DNA from: the human T2T-CHM13v2.0 reference genome, Homo sapiens
Reading direction: 5' to 3' (one strand)
Length of the DNA stretch: 64,000 nucleotides
NCBI RefSeq assembly: GCF_009914755.1
Contig: NC_060926.1
How positions within the stretch are numbered: the stretch's first letter is position 1; every line of letters begins with the position of its first letter. Under the pieces are notes generated by a model. It searched no databases. It saw nothing but the letters and a program-made list of their open reading frames with translations, and was not told where the DNA came from. Below, one piece after another: positions 32,301-47,110 of this stretch. A program made the translations under genes and the position numbers.

Positions 32301-33134
32301 CAAAGTAAGCTACTAAATCTAAACAATTGCCCTTTGTAATTTCAAAACAAATGTAAAGTGGCTTTTATCATATGTTTCATGATGATACTTTTCTTTATGC
32401 CCAACCTCTCCTTTTGAGGATCTGAGCATTTCTGCATCACACTGTCCCAATTACCAACCAAGATCAGCCCGAGAGAGTAGATTTTCTAACAACTGTGTGT
32501 CACAACTTATTAGATGATAATACCATCAATTAGTTGGTCACTCTTATCATTTCTAAATGATTTTGCATAGGATATATCAAAGGGCATAGCAGGTAGTCAA
32601 GGTGGGTATTGGTACAGTTTTTGTTTCACATCCAATGCAGGAACACACACACTTACGTTTGGTCATGATGTAAATTATAAGTCTTCCTATGAGTTATGAT
32701 TTTAGGAGGCTGAAAAACTCTGGTTTAGAATTTAAGTTTCATATCTGCTTATTTACTGTTTCACTTATAAGAACCCACATGGTGCTATTTCACATTAGGA
32801 ACTAAAAAAGACATTTTTAAATAAACATTATTAATAAATCTTATCTGAAACACATAATGAATGGCACATAGTTTGCTTTTCTTGTTTATATCTACATATC
32901 AATATAGATAGATAGATACATATGGATAGAAATATAAAGATAGATACAGACACAATTTGCATATATTTAAATGAATTTTAGTTTAATAGTCAATGATTTA
33001 TGAAACTCTTAAATAAACATATTGCAAGAAGTTACAACTACAGCCAGAAATATGTGGATATACTTGGCATACTCCAGGCTTTCTTTATTCTCCTGAAAAT
33101 TACTTCTTTTATTTTATATTTAACAAGTTTTTAT

Positions 33135-36100
33135 GTTTTTATTATTTTTCTTACAGTTCTTTTTTTTTTTTTTTTTACTTTAAGGTTTGAGGGTACATGC
33201 GAAGGTTTGTTACATAGGTAAACTCATGTCACGGGGGTTTGTTGGACAGATTATTTCATCACCCAGGAGTTAAGCCCAGTACCCAACAGTTACCTTTTCT
33301 GCTCCTCTCCCTCCCCCGACCTTCCACCCTCAAATAGACCCCAGTGTCTGTTGTTTCTTTCTTTGTTTTCCTAAGTGCTCATCATTTAGCTCCCACTTTT
33401 AAGTGAGAACATACAGTACTTGGTTTTCTGTTCCTGCATTAGTTTGTTGAGGGTAATGGCCTCCAGCTCCATCCATGTTTGTTTGCACAAAAGACATGAT
33501 CTCATTCTTTTTTTACGGCTGCATAGTATTCCATGCTGTATATGTGCCACGTTATCTTTATCCAATCTGTTATTGGTGGAGATTTAGGTTGATTCCATGT
33601 CTTTACTATTGTGAATAGTGCTGCAATAAACATTTGCGTGCATGTGTCTTTATGGTAGAATGATTTCTATTCCTTTGGGTATATACCCAGTAATGAGATT
33701 GTTGTTTGAAATGGTGGTTCTGCTTTTAGCTTCTTGAGAAATCACCATACTGCTTTCCACAATGGTTGAACTAATTTACACTCTCACCAACAGTGTATGA
33801 GTGTTCCCTTTTCTCCACAACTTTGCCAGCATCTATTACTTTTTTATTTTTTAATAATAGCCATTCTGATGGGTGTGAGATGGTATCGCGATATTGAGTT
33901 TTTTTTAATGTGCTTGTTGGCTGCATGTATGTCTTTTTTTGAAAAGTATCTATTCGTGTCCTTTTTAATGGGGTTGTTTTTCTCTTGTAAATTTAAGTAA
34001 GTTCCTTATAGATGCTGGATATTAAACATTTGTCAGATGCATAGTTTGCAAATATTTTCTCCCATTCTGTAGGTTGTATGTTTACTCTGTTGATAGCTTC
34101 TTTTGCTGTGCAGAAGCTCTTAAGTTTATTTAGATCTCATTTGTCAATTTTTGCTTTCGTTGTGATTGCTTTTGCTGTCTTTGTCATGAAACCTTTGACT
34201 GTTCCTATGTCCAGGATGGTATTGCCTGGGTTGTCCTCCAGGGTTTTTGTAGTTTTGGGTTTTACATTTAAGTCTTTAATCCATTTTGAGTTGATGATTT
34301 TTGTATATAAGGAAGGGGTCTGGCTTCAGTCTTCTGCATATGGCTAGCTAGTTATCCCAGCACCATTTATTGAAGAGGGAGTCTTTTCTCCATTGCTCGT
34401 TTTTGTCAGCTTTATGAAAGATCAGGTGGTCATAGGTGTGCACCCTTATTTCTGGGCTCTCTCTTCTGTTCCATTGGTCTGTGTGCCTGGTTTTGTACCA
34501 GTACCATGCTGTTTTGGTTACCATGGCCCTGTAGTATAGTTTGAAGTTAGGTAACATGATACCTCCTGCTTTGTTATTTTTGCTTATGATTGCCTTTGCT
34601 ATTTGGTCTCTTTTTGGTTCCATATGAATGGTAAAATGGATCTGTAAATTCCATATGGATCTGTAAATTGCTTTGGCCAGTATGGCCATTTTAATGATAC
34701 TGATTCTTCCTATTCATGAGCATGGAATGTTTTTCCATTTGTTTGTGTCATCTCTGATTCCTTTGTAATTGTAATTGTAATCTGTTTTGTAATTCTCATT
34801 GTAGAGATCTTTCACCTCCCTGGTTAGCTGTATTTCTAGGTATTTTATTCTTTTGGTGGCAGTTGTGAATGGGATTGCCTTTCTGATTTGGCTCTCATCT
34901 TAGCTGTTGTTGGCATAAAGGAATGCTAGTGATTTTTGTACCCTGATTTTGTATCCTGAAACTTTGCTGCAGTTTATCAGCTGAAGGAGCTTTTGGGTTG
35001 AGACTATGGGGTTCTCTAGGTATAAAATCATATCGTCTGCAAACAGAGATAGTTTGACTTCCTCTCTATTTGGATGCCCTTTCTTTCTTTCTTTTGCTTG
35101 ATTGCTCTGGCTGGGACTTCCAATACTCTGTTGATCAGGAGTGGTGAGAGAGAGCATTCTTGTCTTGTGACAGATTTCAAGAGAAATGCTTCCAGTTTTT
35201 GCCCATTTAGTATAATATTGGTTGTATGTTTGTCATAGATGGCTCTTATTATTTTGAGGTATATTCCTTCAGTACCTAGTTTATTGAGAGTTTTTAACAT
35301 GAAGGGGTACTGAATTTTATCATAAACCTTTTCTGCGTCTATTGAGATAATCATGTGGTTTTTGTCTTTAGTTCTGTTTATGTGATGAATCACATTTATT
35401 GATTTTCATACGTCGAATCAACCTTGCATCTCAAGGATGAAGCCTACTTGATAATGATGGATAAGCTTTTTGATGTGCTGCTGGGTTCTGTTTGCAAGTA
35501 TTTTGTTGAGGATTTTTGCATCAGTGTTCATCAAGGATATTGGCTTTAAGCTTTGTTGTTGTTGTGTCTCTGCCTAGTTTTAGTATCAGAATGATGCCAG
35601 CCTCATAGAATGAGGTGGGGAGGAGTTTCTCTTGGGAGGGTATATGAGTCCAGGAATCTACCCATCTCTTCTAGGTTTTCTAGTTTGTGTACATAGAGGT
35701 GTTCATAGTAGCTTCTGATGGTTATTTTTATTTCTGTGGGGTCAGTGCTAATATTACCTTCATCATTTGTAATTGTGTTTATTTGGATCTTCTCCTTTTT
35801 CTTCTTTATTAGTCTAGCTACCAGCCTATCTATCTTACTAATTTTTTTCAAAAAAACAACTTCTGGAATCATTGATCTTGTGACTGGTTTTTCATGTCTC
35901 GATTTCCTTCATGTCAGCTCTGATTTTTGTTATTTCTTATCTTCTGCTAGCTTTGGGGTTGATTCGTTCTTGCTTCTCTGATTCTTTCAGTTGTGATGTT
36001 TGTTAGTTTGTTAATTTGAGATCTTTCTGACTTTTGGATGTGAGCAGTTATTGCTGTGAATTTCCCTTTTAACACTGCCTTAGCTGTGTTCCAGAGATTC

Positions 36101-38872
36101 TGGTATGTTGTGTTTTGTTCTCATTAGTTTTAAAGAACTTTTTGATTTCTGCCTTAACTTCATTATTTGCCAAGAAGTCACTCAGGAGCATGTTGTTTAA
36201 TATCCATCTAATTGCAAGTTTTTGAGTGATGTCTTAGTCTTGAGTTGTATTTTTATTGCGCTGTGGTCTGAGAGTGTGTTTGTTGTGATTTTGGTTGTTT
36301 TGCATTTGCTGAGGATTGATTCATATCCCATTATGTGGACAGTTTTACAGTATGTGCCATGTGGTGATGAGAAGAATGTATATTCTGTTGTTTTTGGGTG
36401 GAGAGTTGTATAGAGCCCTGTCAGTTCCATTTGGTCCAGTGTTGAGTTCAGGTCCTGAATATCTTTGTAAATTTTCTGCCTCGATGATCTAATAATGTCA
36501 GTGGAGTGTAGGAGTCTCCTACTATTATTGTGTGGGAGTCTATGTGTCTTTGTAGGTCTCTAAGAACTTGCTTTATGAATCTGGCTGCTACTGTACTGGG
36601 TTTATATATATTTAGGATAGTTAGGCCTTGTTGAATTGAACCCTTTACCATTATGTAATGCCCGTCTTTATCTTATCTTTTTGATCTTTGTTGGTTTGAA
36701 GTCTGTTTTGTGTTAAATTAGGATTGCAGCCTCTACTGTTTTCTGTTTTCTATTTGCTTGGTAGATTTTCCTCTGTCCCTTTATTTTGAGCCTACAGGTG
36801 TCATTTCTTGTGAAATGGGTCTCTTGAAGACAGCTGTCATTCGGTCTTACTTTTTTATACAGCTTACCATTCTGTGCCTTTTTAAGTGAGGCATTTAGCC
36901 TGTTTACATTCAAGGTTAATATTGATATGTGTGGATTTGATCCTGTCATCATGTTTTAGCTGGTTATTATGTTGGCTTGTTTGTGGGGTTGCTTTATAGT
37001 GACACTGGTCTGTATGTTTAAGTGTGTTTTTGTGTTAGCTGGTAGCAGTCTTCCCTTTCTATATTTAAAGCTTCTTTCAAGATTTCTTGTAAGGCAGGTC
37101 TGGTCGTAGTGAATTCCCTCAACGTTTGCTTATCTGAAAAGGATCTTATTTCTCCTTTGCTTAGGAACCTTAGTTTAGTTTAGCTGGATATAAAATTCTT
37201 GGTTGAAGATTTTTTTCTTTCAGACACTTGAATATAGGCTGCCAAACTCTTCTGGCTTGTAGGATTTCAGCCGAGAGGTCTGCCATTAGCCTCGATGGTG
37301 TTCCCTTTGTGGGTGACCTGTCCTTTCTCTCTAGCTGCTTTTAACATTCTTTCTTTCATTTCAACCTTGGAAAATCTGATGATTGTGTGTCTTGGGGATG
37401 ATTTTCTTATGTAGAATCTTGCAGGAGTTATCTGTATTTCCTGAGTTTGACCGTTGGCCTGTCTAGCAAGGTTGGGGAAGTTTTCATGGACAATATCCTG
37501 AAATACGTTTTCCAAGTTGTTTGCTTTCTCCCCCTCCCTTTCAGGGATAACTGATTTGGTCTCTTTTCATAATCCCATACTTTCCAGAGGTTTTGTTCAT
37601 TTTTTAAATTGTTTTTTCTCTACTTTTGTCTGACTGTCTTATTTCAAGAATCAGTCTTCAAGCTCTGAGATTCTTTCCTGATCTTTGTTTATTCTGCTGT
37701 TAATACTTGTGATTGCATTGTGAAATTCTTGTATTGCGTTATTCAGCTCTGTCAGACCCATTATGTTCTTTTTTTGGACTGGCTATTTCATCCTTCAGCT
37801 CCTCTATCACTTTGTTGTGATTCTTACATTCCTTGAATTGGGTATTGCCATCCTACTGAATCTCGATGATCTTCATTCCTATCCATATTCTGAATTCTAT
37901 TTGTGTCATTCTAGCCAATTCAACCTGGTTAAGAACTCTTGTTAGAGAGCTGATGAGGTTGTTTGGAGGACATATGGTACTCTGGCCATTTGAGTTACTG
38001 GAGTTCTTTTGTTGCTTCTTTCTTATCTTTACATGTGGGTGTTCCATTTACTGCAGTGTAGATTGAGTACAGTCAGTAGACTTCTTTTCTGGATGTTTTC
38101 ACTGGACTAAGGCTTTGTGCAGGGTCTTTATTTGAAGCTGACTTCTTATCTCTGGTTTCAGAGGTGGGTAAGTTAGCAGGGCATTTTTGGTGTTGAAGCT
38201 TTGGGGTGTGATCCAGTAGGTGGCACTTAGGCTTATTAGTCAGTTGGTAGACTCTTGCTTGGTTTTGTGGCTTCCCCTGTGTTTCCTCATCATTGCAGCT
38301 ATGTTCCCTCTCAATGCTCTGAAAGTTTGGGTTCTCTCCCCTTTCAGTGCTGGCTGTAGATAATGGCTTGGCACTCCTGGACTGCCCACTGCTGCTCTGG
38401 AGAGATCTCAGTGTTTTTGTTCCTCCCCTAACTTAGAGGCAAAAAAGGAAGGGACCTTAGTAGTGATTGTGGCCAAGGGTCTTTTGTTTGTTTGTGTCCC
38501 GAAGCCTCTGCTCCAGAGAGATGCAGGTCAGTAATCCCTCAGTGCAATCAGCCCAGGATGGGGAGGGTCTGTGCTGCAAGCCCAAGCCAGGGATTCCTTG
38601 TCTGGTGATAAGTAGTGGTGGATATGTGGGAAACATGGGACATGGACTGTCCTCCTCTCCTTGGGTCGACTACAGCTTGTTGGAGGTGTGATAAAGCACT
38701 TGGGTTCTTTGCTCCTTCATCAGTCTAAGGGTAGCAAGGGTGGTTCCACTGCAGAGGCAGTGGCAGAGAGGCTTTCAGTTGCTCCTGGAGGCTCTCTGTC
38801 CAGGGAGTTGCCGAGTTGCTACTGGCTCAATAGCTCGGGCCGGGGGTGGCTGGAGGCTTAGGCCTGGAAGAC
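33135..38872 (-). mobile_element. Near-full-length old primate L1 (L1PA13-16-like), degenerate ORF1 and ORF2
   Basis: 13-bp TSD aacaagtttttat at 33122-33134 and 38873-38885; ORF1 remnant (FPNLARQAN, 37267-37515), endonuclease start (MTGSNPHISILTLNVN, about 36950), reverse transcriptase pieces (35028-35393); T-rich tail 33135-33177; many stops and frameshifts. Confidence 0.95.
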
Positions 38873-41026
38873 AACAAGTTTTTATCATAAATTAATACAT
38901 GCTCTAAAATGCTTAGGTAATTGGTAAAAGTGTTAAAATGAAAATGTAAATTATTCATTATCTGACCACCCAAGAAATGAACACTGTTTATGCTTTGGAG
39001 TATTTTCTTTCTATACACACACACACACATATGCATAACATGTAGTAATTAAATTGGGAACCTTCTGAATATACTATATTTAAGTCATATTTTTTTACTT
39101 TGTTATATTTTGAAAATTTCTCATGACATTAAACAATCTTCAAAACTGTGAATTTAATGTTTATTGCATAGTATTTTCTAGAAAGGATATTAAGTAATTG
39201 GTTAATCACTTTACCATTATTGGACGTTTAAGTTGTATTCATTGTTTCTTATCATAAGTAATGAAATAGCAATTAGCCTTACAAATAAGCATTTGTATTA
39301 TTAGTTCTTTATCATAAATCAATATAAGATACTAATTATCTAGTATGAGGCGATGAAATTTATTTAAAATTTGGCACATATTACTCATCTTTCCTATGAA
39401 AGTTGTTAAGTTTATATTCTTGCCAGCAGCATATTCATTAATACACTGAACAAATATTAATGGTCTGTTTTATACAGCTTTTAGAGCAACCCTATTAAAA
39501 TTGAGTGTTTGTATTTTTCCTAGTATTACCAATTTGATGGCAAATATCAATTATGTTGTTTTCATTTCTTAATTACAACTGAGAATAAACATTTCATAGG
39601 TTTATTGGCCATGTATATTTCTTCTTTTTATGAATTTTTTATTTTTTCTATTACAATGTTTGCCTCTGTCACTCCTAACTTGTTAAAGTTCTTGATGTGG
39701 AAAGAATATTAAGCCTTTACTGTCAAATTTCATTCAGGGTTTTTTTTCTAACTTCGTCAATAGACTCTTTAACTTTGTGATACCTTAGAGCTTAAGGACT
39801 TTTATTTTTGTGTAAACAAACCTGGGATATTGACTAGTTTTTTCACATACCATTTAAACATCTATCAAGATGATTATATGATTTTTTTTCTTCTTTTTCT
39901 ATTAATGTGAGAGTTCATATGAATAGACTCTAATGTTGAATAGCCCTTGCAGTTCTGAAAAAATAAGTCTACACTTACATGCTGTCTGTTTTGTCCTTTA
40001 GAGAGACCTGGGCATGGATTGCTAATATTTCATTTGTGATTTTGTATCTTATTTGTAAGTGAAATTGATAAGTACGTTTGTTTTTTTGTTTGTTTGTTTC
40101 TAACTTTAGCTGTTTTATACAGAAGGGTTACATTACCTTTGCCAAATGATCTGGCTAGCTTTTCATCTGTTTCTATGCTTTGTAACAATGTCTATAATGT
40201 AGGAATTATCTCTTTGTAAAGATTTTAAATAACTCATCCATAAAAATATCTAACTTGATCCTCTTTCCTGGGTAATTCTTTGACACCTTTTTCAGCTTTT
40301 CTGATAGATACAGATATTTGGAAAAGGAGATTATTTTTTTCCTTTACTGAATTTTGGAAATCTGCCTTTTCTGTAAAATTATATCTCTTTGAGATTTTTA
40401 AGTTTTTAGTGTATTTTATCTTTACCAAATAATATATTTAATAATTATTTTTTGTTTTCATTTATTTTTACTTCATTATTTTTACATTTATTTTTACTTA
40501 ATTATTGTTTCCTTAAAAACAAATGAAACCTATTTTTTGAATTATTCAGCTATTTAATTTTGCTTTTGAACTTAGTTTAGGTATACTTCTGGAAGTGATA
40601 ATAAGCTAATGTTCTTTTTTTTTCTAAGTATTCTAAAATATTAAAGACTTTATTTTTCCTTTGATCAAGAATGATTTATATGATCTTTAAATCAAGGAAT
40701 TAGGTTTTTTATTTAAGTTTTTATTATTAATGTATGGTTTTAAGCTCTGTAGTCAAGGACAGCGACGTCTCCCATTTTTGCCTGGTGGCATTTATTAAAA
40801 GTTGGCATAATATATGGTAACTATTGTCGTTAAAAAAAATTAAATTAATTAAAATCAAAATAATGATTTTTCTGTAAATATGTATTCTCTAATAAATACT
40901 TACTGAGTGCCTATAGTATTATATTCCAGGCACCATGAAGGTGCTGGAGGATAGCAAAGAGCACAACAGACAAAAATATCTTGGCTTGTGGTACTGGCAC
41001 ACGAGTAGATGATAAATATATGCATA

Positions 41027-41216
41027 CCATATTTCCTTAAATATGAGTCAGCACCGATTATTATACACACAATAAATTTTTACTAACAGCTTTTCAAGAG
41101 GAGAACAAAAAAGAGGAAACCATCATATTAAATGTAAACTTTTCCATTAAAAGACATTTCAATTTTACAAATATTTAGGTATGAGAAATGTGTTTCTTAC
41201 TATTGAGAAAATATGG
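41027..41216. mobile_element. Tc2-type MITE (MER104-like)
   Basis: Terminal inverted repeats ccatattt / aaatatgg flanked by TA on both sides; about 190 bp. Confidence 0.6.
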
Positions 41217-41548
41217 TAAAACAATCTTATTAATTATATTGTTTTTGATATTGTAAATACTTATTTGTCACTTTTTATCTGTTAAACACAGATATTAGGT
41301 TAAAATTCCCATATACTATTTGGTTCTGAGGGCTTTCAGTATCCCTTTTTTCTTAGGTCTATCACTTATTATAAAAGTTGAATTGTGCCATTTGATTCAT
41401 TCTGAGGCTTTTTCTTCCAAAGAAATGTTTAACTCATTTCTATCTGTTATGATAACTGGGATTCTTGTCCTTTCTGTCATCTTGTTTTAGGCTTCCTGTT
41501 TTATATACCCTTTTCTGTTTTCTTACCCCCGTGTACTATATGTGTGTG

Positions 41549-41579
<31 letters not shown>

Positions 41580-41580
41580 A

Positions 41581-41784
41581 TTTTTGAGATGGAGTCTCGC
41601 TCTGTTGCCCAGGATGCAGTGCAGTGGTGCAATCTCGGCTCACTGCAACCTCCGCCTCCCAGGTTCTAGCAATTCTTTGCCTCGGCCTCCTGAGTAGCTG
41701 GGATTACAGGCGCCCACCACCATGCCCAACTAATTTTTGTCTTTTTAATAGAGACGGGGTTTCACCATCTTGGCCAGGCTGGTC
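41581..41784 (-). mobile_element. 5'-truncated AluS with (TA)n/(TG)n tail (41538-41580)
   Basis: Right arm plus linker and part of left arm; possible TSD gtac(t/c)ata. Confidence 0.9.
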
Positions 41785-44700
41785 GTACCATATTTTCTTT
41801 GATGATTTTTAGTAATTTCAGTCATACTGGCTTTATAAATATTATTTAGCCTATTTTCTCTATCAGTCAACATCAAAAATAAATAATCTTTTGAGTACCT
41901 TACATGTTAAAGAAACAAAGTAACGTGACTGTGTTATCAAAACTTTCCTTTATACTTTTTAACCTGTGGTATTTAATATACAGTTGTGTTTCTAAAGAAG
42001 GTGTATATTTTTAAAATATTTTTAATGTGACATAGATCCTACTATCTAGGGATTATATGCAGTGTTTAATGCCAGTCCTTCCTTGCTATGACAGCTCCAT
42101 TGCTCAGTTCTTTATTTTGATTCATCTCTCTGATAACCTTTTTTTTTTTTTTTTTGAGTAATTTTAGTTCAGGAAGAATAGGCAGTATATTTTTAAATCC
42201 TTAAAATCTGATGATAATATTCTTTATATATAAATCTAAATACTTCTTATAAGGATGTCTGGTGGTTTGAAGTTTGAAGTACGTAACAAATTTTTTTTTA
42301 CCTCAATGACTTGACTGCTTCCCAAGGTTTTTTTCCTGAAAATTCTATTATCTTTAGGTTTTTAATATTGATGAAGGAGAAATCTGAGGCTTATCTAACT
42401 TTTCTTTCTCTAAGTAACTTGTTTTCTCTATCTGGATCTTAGGGGCTTCTTTATTCACGATATTCCAATGTTTTACCTACATTTGTCAGGGTTTTGGTCT
42501 CTGCATTCATTTTGCCAAGCCTTTTTTGTGTTCTTTTTATTGATGGCTTCATGTTGGTTTCTGCTGTTTTCTTGCTTGAAAGCACCTTAAATGAGGTGAT
42601 TGAAGTCTCCTTGATTCTCATCACCTTACATCTGAAGATTTGTAGAAGAGTCCCCTCAAACCTCAACATCAGGACTGTCTGATATTAACTACACCTCCTG
42701 TTTAGAAGTTCAGCAGCTGAGAGGACAGGAGTGGAGCCAAAACCCTCAACAATACTTGGAGGAGAACTTTGCATCTGCTTAGTTTTGCAGGTGCTTTTGC
42801 TGAAATCACTGGATAAGGGGAGAGCTTTCTATGCCCTGACTTCTTTTTGGCCCAGCCGTCTCGTCCTCTATTGCCTGTGGCTGTGTCTGCCCTTCACCTT
42901 CATACTATTGCCCATCTAATTAGAAGAGAGAGCACTTTCTATCTTTTAGATTTTTTCCGCTGTTACAGCTACTTGGAGAATCCAAGACTTTCCAGGTGTG
43001 CTGTTCAGAATGCTGCCACTTCCAACATAACAAAAAGCCCCATGTTAATCTCATCAGTCTCATAACCTCTCCTCCAGCCTCACCCTTCTAATGAAAGGCT
43101 TAGCCTCCTCTGCCTGCTCCCCAGGAGGGTTGGTTTTGAGCTGGCACCATGCCCTCCTTTCCGCCCAACCCATGGCACTATTTCCAATACATACTCCTCA
43201 ATGACTCACACTGGTGCAAGTTTCACCTGTTTTATATGCGGTTGGTCATTTCAGCCAGAATCTGGGAGATCAGTAGTAAATTGTCTATGCTCACATTGCC
43301 ATTTTTATTCAGAATTTGATACCCATCAAAACACTTAAACCTCGCCAGAATAAGAGATTTCTTAGTGATGAACCATGGCAAGAACCAGGACAGTTTTATT
43401 GCCTCACAAAGGCTATTTTCTTAGCTGCAACTTTCTTATTCACACACAGTAAAGCAATGCCTAGCTCATGGTATGACTGGAAAATACTAGGGCTTTTTTC
43501 CCCTCCTACATGGTTAACTCCTAATTTTCCTTTAAATGGTCCTGAAAACAAGAGACATGGTATGTAAAACTTCCAAATTGGTTTCCTTACCACTCCAAGA
43601 GTGGGGTCTCTGGAAAATATAGTAACAAAGCTGGTTTTCTAGTCACATGTCACCATAACTTCAGTAGGGCTAAGCTGGAAAGGCCAAAGAAATTCGGAGG
43701 ATTAAGAGGTTTTTTTGTTTTTGTTTTTACATTGAAGATGTAAAAAATAATTACAATATAATGCTGGGTGTTATGTATGCACAGTTACCTATGAACACAA
43801 AAAGGTTTAATTTTTTCTGTCAACGTGCATTGTTGTAATTATTAAAGATAAAAAACAAAGTTCCTGCTATAAACATAGGGGTATTGGTTGCATGACTTTA
43901 TTAGCTCCTAGACTGAGGTCTATTGTGCGGATGCTAATCTAATAACAGAATCATATTTATAATACAGTAGGAAATTCTCTCTGCAGGTTCAGAACAGTAC
44001 ACATGAGACCCAGCATTATCGAAGGCTTATCCTTTCTCACACTGAACTAATACTCACCCTTCATTTTGGTGACAAGTCCAGCTCAATGAGAATCTCGACA
44101 AAGGGCCTGACTCTCTCCCCTTCCAGCCCCTTCGCTACAGCAGATATGATTACTTGGATTCTGCCTATGGGTCCACGTTGTGTACCCAGTCCCGGGAAGG
44201 TGCAAGAAAATCTGATCCTTTTTCAAAAATCATCTTAGAATCGAACCAGTCTTACTCTGATTTTCATGACACCCCCACCCTGCCCTTGCTTCTCGCAGGG
44301 TCTGGGGCTCCATGTCCTTATCAGTATCAGACTTCCACTGAGGCTGCTGTCTCCAGTACCCCCAGAACACTAGGATTATAGTTTCTACTGGAATTCCCTA
44401 AACTACATTGCTCATCCATTTCAACTAGACCCAACTGCTTGACAACTGGTCATGGACAATCTTGAACATAGATTCTGTTTCACAGTTTGTCCTAATCTCT
44501 TTCTTCTCAGATCCATCTTTTTATCCCTGTCCCTCTGTGTACCCATAGTCACATCTGGGTGTCTGTGGTGGGATTGTGGATGTGCACTTCTACCCACTGT
44601 AAGCAGCTATCACAGGTCTGGCCCACTCAACTGCTCCCCTGATATCTGTAGTGACAGAACCTTGCCTTCAAAATCAAAAGATACAAAGGTGATTCCAGTA

Positions 44701-46810
44701 TTGCCAGGTAGAGTTTTACAAAGAGTACTTGCCTTTGTGGCCCCTTTTTCTAAAATTTTGGTAAGCAGATATACCCAGAAGTATGCCAGCCAGAAAGTCT
44801 GCAGCAGCTCTGGGGCCTCAGTAACATAAGCACAACTCTAACTTGATAGCAAGCTCAACCTTGATCTCCAACTGCTCGTCTGCTGTTTATGGCACTTACT
44901 GCCTGGCCACGTTTTCATTTTTGACTTGGAAACAACAAGGCAGATGCCACATTCCATACCACTACCTTTTTTAGTTCTAGTGAAGAAAATAATGTAAGAT
45001 GGTGAATTAATTGACATGAAAAAAAATTAAATGTACAAGATTACCACTTCTGCTTAGTGCTTTGTCTTTAGTAATTATTGCATTTTTGTATAGTTAACGC
45101 TTAAGGTATGCAATGGCCAAAGCACAATTTTATTGCCTTTAGTTTGCTGTTTAGAAATGGCCTCTGGGGGTGGAAGGGAGTAGAGGAGACCAATCTTTAT
45201 CAATAATGGGTAGTAATTTTAAAATCATTTAAAATGATTTTTGTACTCACATATGTTCAAACCCCCTTTCCAGGTAAATTCTATGTGGGGACACAAGTGG
45301 TCACTGAGATACCACTTGGCTTTTAGACAGTGAAGAAGTCAAATGAGAGGTTTGCAGGTATAAATAAAATAGCACAAGTGTAGAAGCATCATCAGACACA
45401 GCAAGTGAAACTATAATGAAAGTTACCTTGAACAAATCAGTTCCCAGGATAGCATTCATTTCTTATTGTTAAATATGCTTGATGCAGTGAAGTATGGCTT
45501 CCAGAAAGATAATGGAGCAGATAATTAAACACTCTATTTGGAAACACAAACACAGACACATACACACTGCAGGGAGTGTGGGTTAGCACAAATCTTGTCA
45601 GTACAACCTAATGACCTTCTGTAGACCAGGCCTTTGACAAGGGGAAAAAAATAGAAAAAGTCATTTTTTTTACTGCAGTAAGGATTTTTTATAAAAATTC
45701 TGTGGTACGTGACCAACATCAGTAAAAGAGAAAAGAGCTTAGCTCTTACTTCTTTTATATAAGTGGACTATGGTTCGAGGTTGATGATAAATCACTAATG
45801 TTTGAGTTTCAGTTGGCTACAGCATACTAAGTAGTCTTTTCTGTGGTGACAAGTGACAAGGGGCAGTTAAAGATGTGGCTACCTCAAGTTCTCCTCTGCC
45901 ATAGAAAACCTCCCAGAGGTCAACCATTAGACCCCTACTGTTTCTATGTCAGTAGTGTAAGGCCAGGCAAAGGCAATAACCTTCATCAGGGTCTGTCTCA
46001 ACCTCCCCTGCAGCCTCCTTTCATTCTTCGTATCCGATGATGCCATTATCATAGAGAGTACATACCTGATAAATGCTTGTTGAATTGGGCAGCATTGTTT
46101 CTAGGTCTCTCTCAGGAAAAGGAGGAGGATCAAGACATACCATATTCATCTTAGGAGTAACACAGAAGTTTCCCCAGATACAAGGTCCAATTCTCTCTAC
46201 TGTAAAGCCTAGTCCTCATCTCACTACATTTTTCAATTAGCTGATGACACCTACATGATGCATCAGAGATGGATAGATGGATTGGCTGCTTTTGAGAAGT
46301 TACTCATGGTCCATCATGCATCAGGATTCTTACTCATCCACAGTCCCCTGCAAACAGCCAGCTATTATAGTCAGCAGCCAATGGTCTATGTGAGTGATCC
46401 AGAAGCTAGGTTAGACAGCATCCCATTGGTCTTCCTGGTAAGAGGTTGTGCTCACATTTCATACATCTGTACAGTCACAGTAGCCCCTCATGAAGCCTTC
46501 TCCAGCTGCTCCAGCCTCATCTCCCTCTCCCTGTCAGCACTTCCAGTCTACACCAGGAAGTAAAACTTAACCACATCCTACCTGGTACCAGCAAACAACT
46601 TATTTAAGAAGTCATGCACATTTGAGCCCTACGTTGTGCCCAACCTCATGCTGAGTACTTTGCTGCCCCTCAACAAATGTTTGAATTCTTGATGGCCCAG
46701 ATGGGTAACTGAGGCAGAAACATCTATGAGTCTCCAAAGGGAAAGCACATATAAATTGAGACCTGTGCTGTATTCTCATCTCCAGCCTCTTCTCTTCGTG
46801 TCAGACATGA

Positions 46811-47110
<300 letters not shown>

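Larger units (their letters stand above)
38890..42560 (-). mobile_element. Ancient L1M (L1ME-like) fragments with nested younger insertions
   Basis: T-rich stretch with L1M-like phrases (ttattgcatagtatt, tttattggccatgtatatttcttc, ggagaaatctgaggc); boundaries uncertain. Confidence 0.5.

Noticed and set aside
33135-38872. Possible active full-length L1
   Set aside because: ORF1 and ORF2 are broken by many stops, frameshifts and deletions; old subfamily.
45221-45241. Inverted repeat aaaatcattt-a-aaatgatttt
   Set aside because: Short and AT-rich; within chance expectation.
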